From: Polyangiaceae bacterium
Lineage (GTDB): Bacteria > Myxococcota_A > Polyangia > Polyangiales > Polyangiaceae
Direction: 5' to 3'
Assembly (NCBI GenBank): GCA_033763455.1
Contig: JANRKO010000084.1
Span: forward strand, 1-50,879
DNA: 50,879 nucleotides
Below the pieces are notes generated by a model. It did no database searches, was not told the DNA's origin, and worked only from the letters and a program-made list of their open reading frames with translations. Each line of letters starts with the position of its first letter. The first letter of the stretch is position 1. A program made the translations under genes and the position numbers. Positions 47,601 to 50,879 of this stretch are shown in pieces.

Positions 47601-49096
47601 ATGCAAATTGGCGGTGGCATTGGTTTGGCCCTGTTGCTGACGACGAGCGCCTGCCTACAAGCAGGGAGCATCTCGAGCGGCACATATGACCCGCCCGCGT
47701 CGAGTGGCAACGACACCAAACCAAACCCAAATCCAAGCTCAGATCCAAACCTGCAGGCGGGTCCTCGCCTCGTGGTCGAGCCCCAGCTAGCTACGCTCGC
47801 CCAGGGCGCGACGCACACCTTTACCTGTGTGGCCGTTGGGCTAGCGGCCGGCTGCGCCTGGTCAGTTCAGGGCGGGCCCGCGAACGGCACGGTGCAGAGC
47901 AACGGCGTGTATACTGCGCCGAGCTCACCTGGCGTCTACCGCGTGGTAGCGACGAGCACCGCCGACCCAAACGTCACGAGCGCGGCCACCGTTACAGTGC
48001 CGGCCGCGGGCGGCGACTGTACGCCTGGCGTGTGGCACAAGATACCTGGGATAGCGGCGCCGTTCTCCGTGCTCGTAGACCCGGTGCGGCCGAGTCACAC
48101 TTACGCGTTCTTCAATGACTCAACCGCCTTCGGTCAGCCAATGAGGGTGGCGACCTCAGCCGACTATGGCGCCACGTGGCAGAGCACCGAGACGAACTTC
48201 AGCGGCTACGCTTGGGGGGCGGCGATCGACCCGAACCCGGCGCGCGATCCGACAAAACAGCCTACGATCTACCTAAACGCCGGCTACGGCAACGGCGGTC
48301 TCTATCGTTCGACCGACGATGGCCTGACCTGGACACAGCTATTCGGCGAGCGTGATGAGGATCCGGCGGTCGCGACCGTGAGTATTGGCCGCCCGATCTC
48401 TACGCTGTCTACATCCTTCCCGACGACCTGCCGAATCACTTGCTCGCGACGTTTCACTCGGGGGGCTACGTCCACCCGAGCGGCGCTAGCGGCATCATAG
48501 AGTCGCGCGATGGCGGGGCCTCGTGGAGCGTGCACCAGGCGCGCAGCGGCATGGGTTCGTCGCACTACATGATCATCGTCGACGCTCAGACGTGGTTGCT
48601 CGTCGCACAAGACGACTTCGACTCATCGCAGCGAGGCATCTGGCGGACGACGACGGCTGGACGCAAAGATGGCGTCATCAGCCCCGACGCCTGGATCGAC
48701 GTGCACGCTATGCCGCACTTCCACGGCTCGATGAGCAACGTCATCGTCGATGGCGTCATTTACCTCGCGGGCCGCGACGGCATCTTGCGCAGCCGCGACC
48801 GGGGAGCCACTTGGACCAACGTCTGCTCCTCGTGTGGTTATATGAGCGGCCTCGTCGCGACTAACACCTATCTCTACGCCGACTTCATGCTCGCCGACCA
48901 GCAAAGTGGTGCGGTGAAGCTTCTCCGCGCCCGCCGCGACGCAGATACGCAGTGGGACACGTACACGAATCGTCCGGCAGGGCTTAGCGTCGGCGCCGGC
49001 GCGAGCGATATGGCCCTCGACGCTACCTTCGATGGGCAGCGCTGGTACCTGCTCAGCGCGAACTTCAGCGCCGGCCTGTGGCGCTACTGCGAGTAG
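47601..49096 (+). pseudogene. Ig-like plus BNR/Asp-box beta-propeller lipoprotein, split by a frameshift near 48390
   Basis: RBS aggag; lipobox TSA-C; GVYTAP Ig domain; Asp boxes SADYGATW, STDDGLTW, SRDGGASW, SRDRGATW. Coding continues as PDLYAVYILPDDLPNHLLATFH in the other frame. Confidence 0.7.
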
Positions 49097-49119
49097 GCAG
49101 ACGTCGAACGGGGCTCGAA

Positions 49120-49455
49120 GCGGTAGCTCTCCCGGCTTCAGGAGCCTGAGCGCGGCGCTCAAGGCCGCACCACTCTAAGACATGGATGAACACGAATCGG
49201 GCGTGTGCGACGTCGAACACTTCCGGATCTAGCTTAACATCTCGGCTATCTGCCTCATGCACCTCAATGTTGGGCGGCGAGATCTCTCAGGAAACGTGTG
49301 CTCATATCGACGGCCGCAACCCGCCCCTCAAGACCAACGGTTTCAGCCATGAAGCTCGCGATCGACCCGGCGCCCGCGCCGATCTCAAGGCAGCTCATGT
49401 CTTTTGAGAGCCCACCCTGGACCAACATTTCACGAGCTCCAGCATCGATGCCCGG
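49120..49455 (-). pseudogene. Class I SAM-dependent methyltransferase remnant
   Basis: CLEIGAGAGS..MAETVG..GRVAAVD, FDVAHARFVFIH and LLKPG lie in different frames. Confidence 0.7.
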
Positions 49456-49711
49456 GCGAACCGGGTTCTACCGCGCGGTCACGGATAAGGGCCATGTTTT
49501 CCCGATCGCGAATCAAGCCTCGGGAGCTGTGACTTTGCCACGCAAAACTTTACGAGCATGGCGTTTCGCGAATGCTTTGGTACGGCGCGGGGGAAGTTGC
49601 TTCGGTCTTTTTGTTGGCTTGTTAGCTGCTCGTGCGAGCGCGAGCCTGGCGAGATCTTAACTCGGTAGTGTTGCTCGCCCTAGGGGCGTCAGTGTACCTT
49701 TCAACGCCAAT

Positions 49712-50869
49712 ATGCTGCGAAACCTGATCGGTGGGATCCTGAGTTCTGGGATTGTGTTTTTGGGCTGCAGCTCATCGGAGCCGGCGCCCGCCGGCACGGG
49801 CAGTGGCGGCGCCGCCAACTTGGGTACGGGTGGGTCAGGTAAGGGCCCTGTGGCGCCTGGATCCGGGGGTGCCTCCACTCTGCCGAACATGGGCACCGGC
49901 GGGGTAGCCGCGCTCGGGTGTGAACAGCTGAATGCAAGCCAACTTCAAGGGGGCCAAGGCACCGGCGGTGCAGGCCCGCTTGCCGCGGGGTCGAGCGGTG
50001 TGGCTGGGTCGAGTGGTTCGGCTGGTGCGAGCGGTTCGGCCGTGGATTGTTCGCGCATCCCTTCGGGCCCCTTCGAAGCCAAGCTGGCTCTTGATGTCTT
50101 TGACGGGGCCGAAGATATCGCCTTCGACGGTAAGGGGCATTTGGCGGGGAAAAAGGGCGATACGCTGATCTTGGCGCAATCCAATGGAATGAGCACTGTT
50201 CTGGCCCCAGCTTTGCCCTTGGCCGCCGGCCTGCGCTACCTTTCTGACGGTAACTTGGTAGTGGCTCTGCCATCGCAGGGTAAAGTCGTGCGCGTCTCAG
50301 CAGCTGGCGAGGTGAGTGATTGGCTCATGGGTATCTCTGTGCCAAACGGCGTATATCCTGACTTTTCAGGCAACGTTTGGTTAACGGAATTCGGTGCCGA
50401 TCGGGTCTTACGGGTCGATGCTGCCGGTAACATCACGCCCATTGCGATGGGCGATGCCGCCAAACGGGCCAATGGCATCCTTTTCGACGAAGTTCGTAAG
50501 TTGCTCTTTTTTACCAACTACGAAGAAGGGCGCATTCGCAGCGTCGACGTGAGTGGTCTTGGTCCGTTCGTAGCCAATGAAGCCGTCGTGGTTCGCGCTA
50601 GCAAGTTCGATGGCCTGGCACTCGATCGTTGCGGCCACCTGTATGCCGTCGACAACGCCAATGATCGCCTCTACCGTTCACGCCTCAACGCGAGCGGGAA
50701 AGTGCTCTGCACCGAGCTGCTCGCCTCGTTCCCCACCAGCGTCGCCAATGCCCAGTTTGGCAAGGGGCCGGGGTTCGATTCAGCGACGCTCTACGTTACC
50801 GGCGAGCCGGGCAAGGTGTACGCGGTACCGGTAGGCGTCCCGGGCGTCGCGGTGCCGATGCCCCCGTGA
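49712..50869 (+). CDS. SMP-30/gluconolactonase/LRE-like beta-propeller lipoprotein
   Basis: Lipobox FLG-C; EDIAFD, PNGV, ANGI, DGLALDRCGHLY, NAQFG...LYVT. Confidence 0.82.
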   Translation: MLRNLIGGILSSGIVFLGCSSSEPAPAGTGSGGAANLGTGGSGKGPVAPGSGGASTLPNMGTGGVAALGCEQLNASQLQGGQGTGGAGPLAAGSSGVAGSSGSAGASGSAVDCSRIPSGPFEAKLALDVFDGAEDIAFDGKGHLAGKKGDTLILAQSNGMSTVLAPALPLAAGLRYLSDGNLVVALPSQGKVVRVSAAGEVSDWLMGISVPNGVYPDFSGNVWLTEFGADRVLRVDAAGNITPIAMGDAAKRANGILFDEVRKLLFFTNYEEGRIRSVDVSGLGPFVANEAVVVRASKFDGLALDRCGHLYAVDNANDRLYRSRLNASGKVLCTELLASFPTSVANAQFGKGPGFDSATLYVTGEPGKVYAVPVGVPGVAVPMPP

Positions 50870-50879
50870 AGCGCGCGTA

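Overview
GC-rich bacterial chromosomal window, most likely from a Myxococcota (Polyangiaceae-like) organism. This is inferred from the Gly-rich lipoproteins, a Hanks kinase-TPR/PEGA-Cys-repeat operon, a MYXO-CTERM-like tail and three DUF1592/DUF1552 pairs. It opens at the right end of an IS3-family element, followed by an orphan XRE antitoxin-like gene, a metH C-terminal remnant, and nadE tightly followed by a rifampin ADP-ribosyltransferase (arr). The middle holds three PSCyt-cytochrome/DUF1552 pairs interleaved with carbohydrate-active genes (a GH16 lacking its catalytic triad, PL1, GH39, GH27). It also holds an ECF sigma/anti-sigma module, an L,D-transpeptidase, an orphan bufferin(BufA2)-like Cys-rich lipoprotein, mutH and a complete sufRBCDSU-sufT-sufA operon. 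The end holds a coupled unknown Trp/His/Cys-rich lipoprotein, an atypical di-heme CCP/MauG-family enzyme and a beta-propeller gene; this is the best candidate for an undescribed system. Several genes are collapsed by large deletions or frameshifts (metH, SQR-like, CheB/CheR hybrid, methyltransferase, Cip1-like). A palindromic CTTAGCATGCTAAG-TAC motif recurs between convergent genes. No rRNA, tRNA or CRISPR array was seen. All family calls come from motif recognition by eye, not from database searches.
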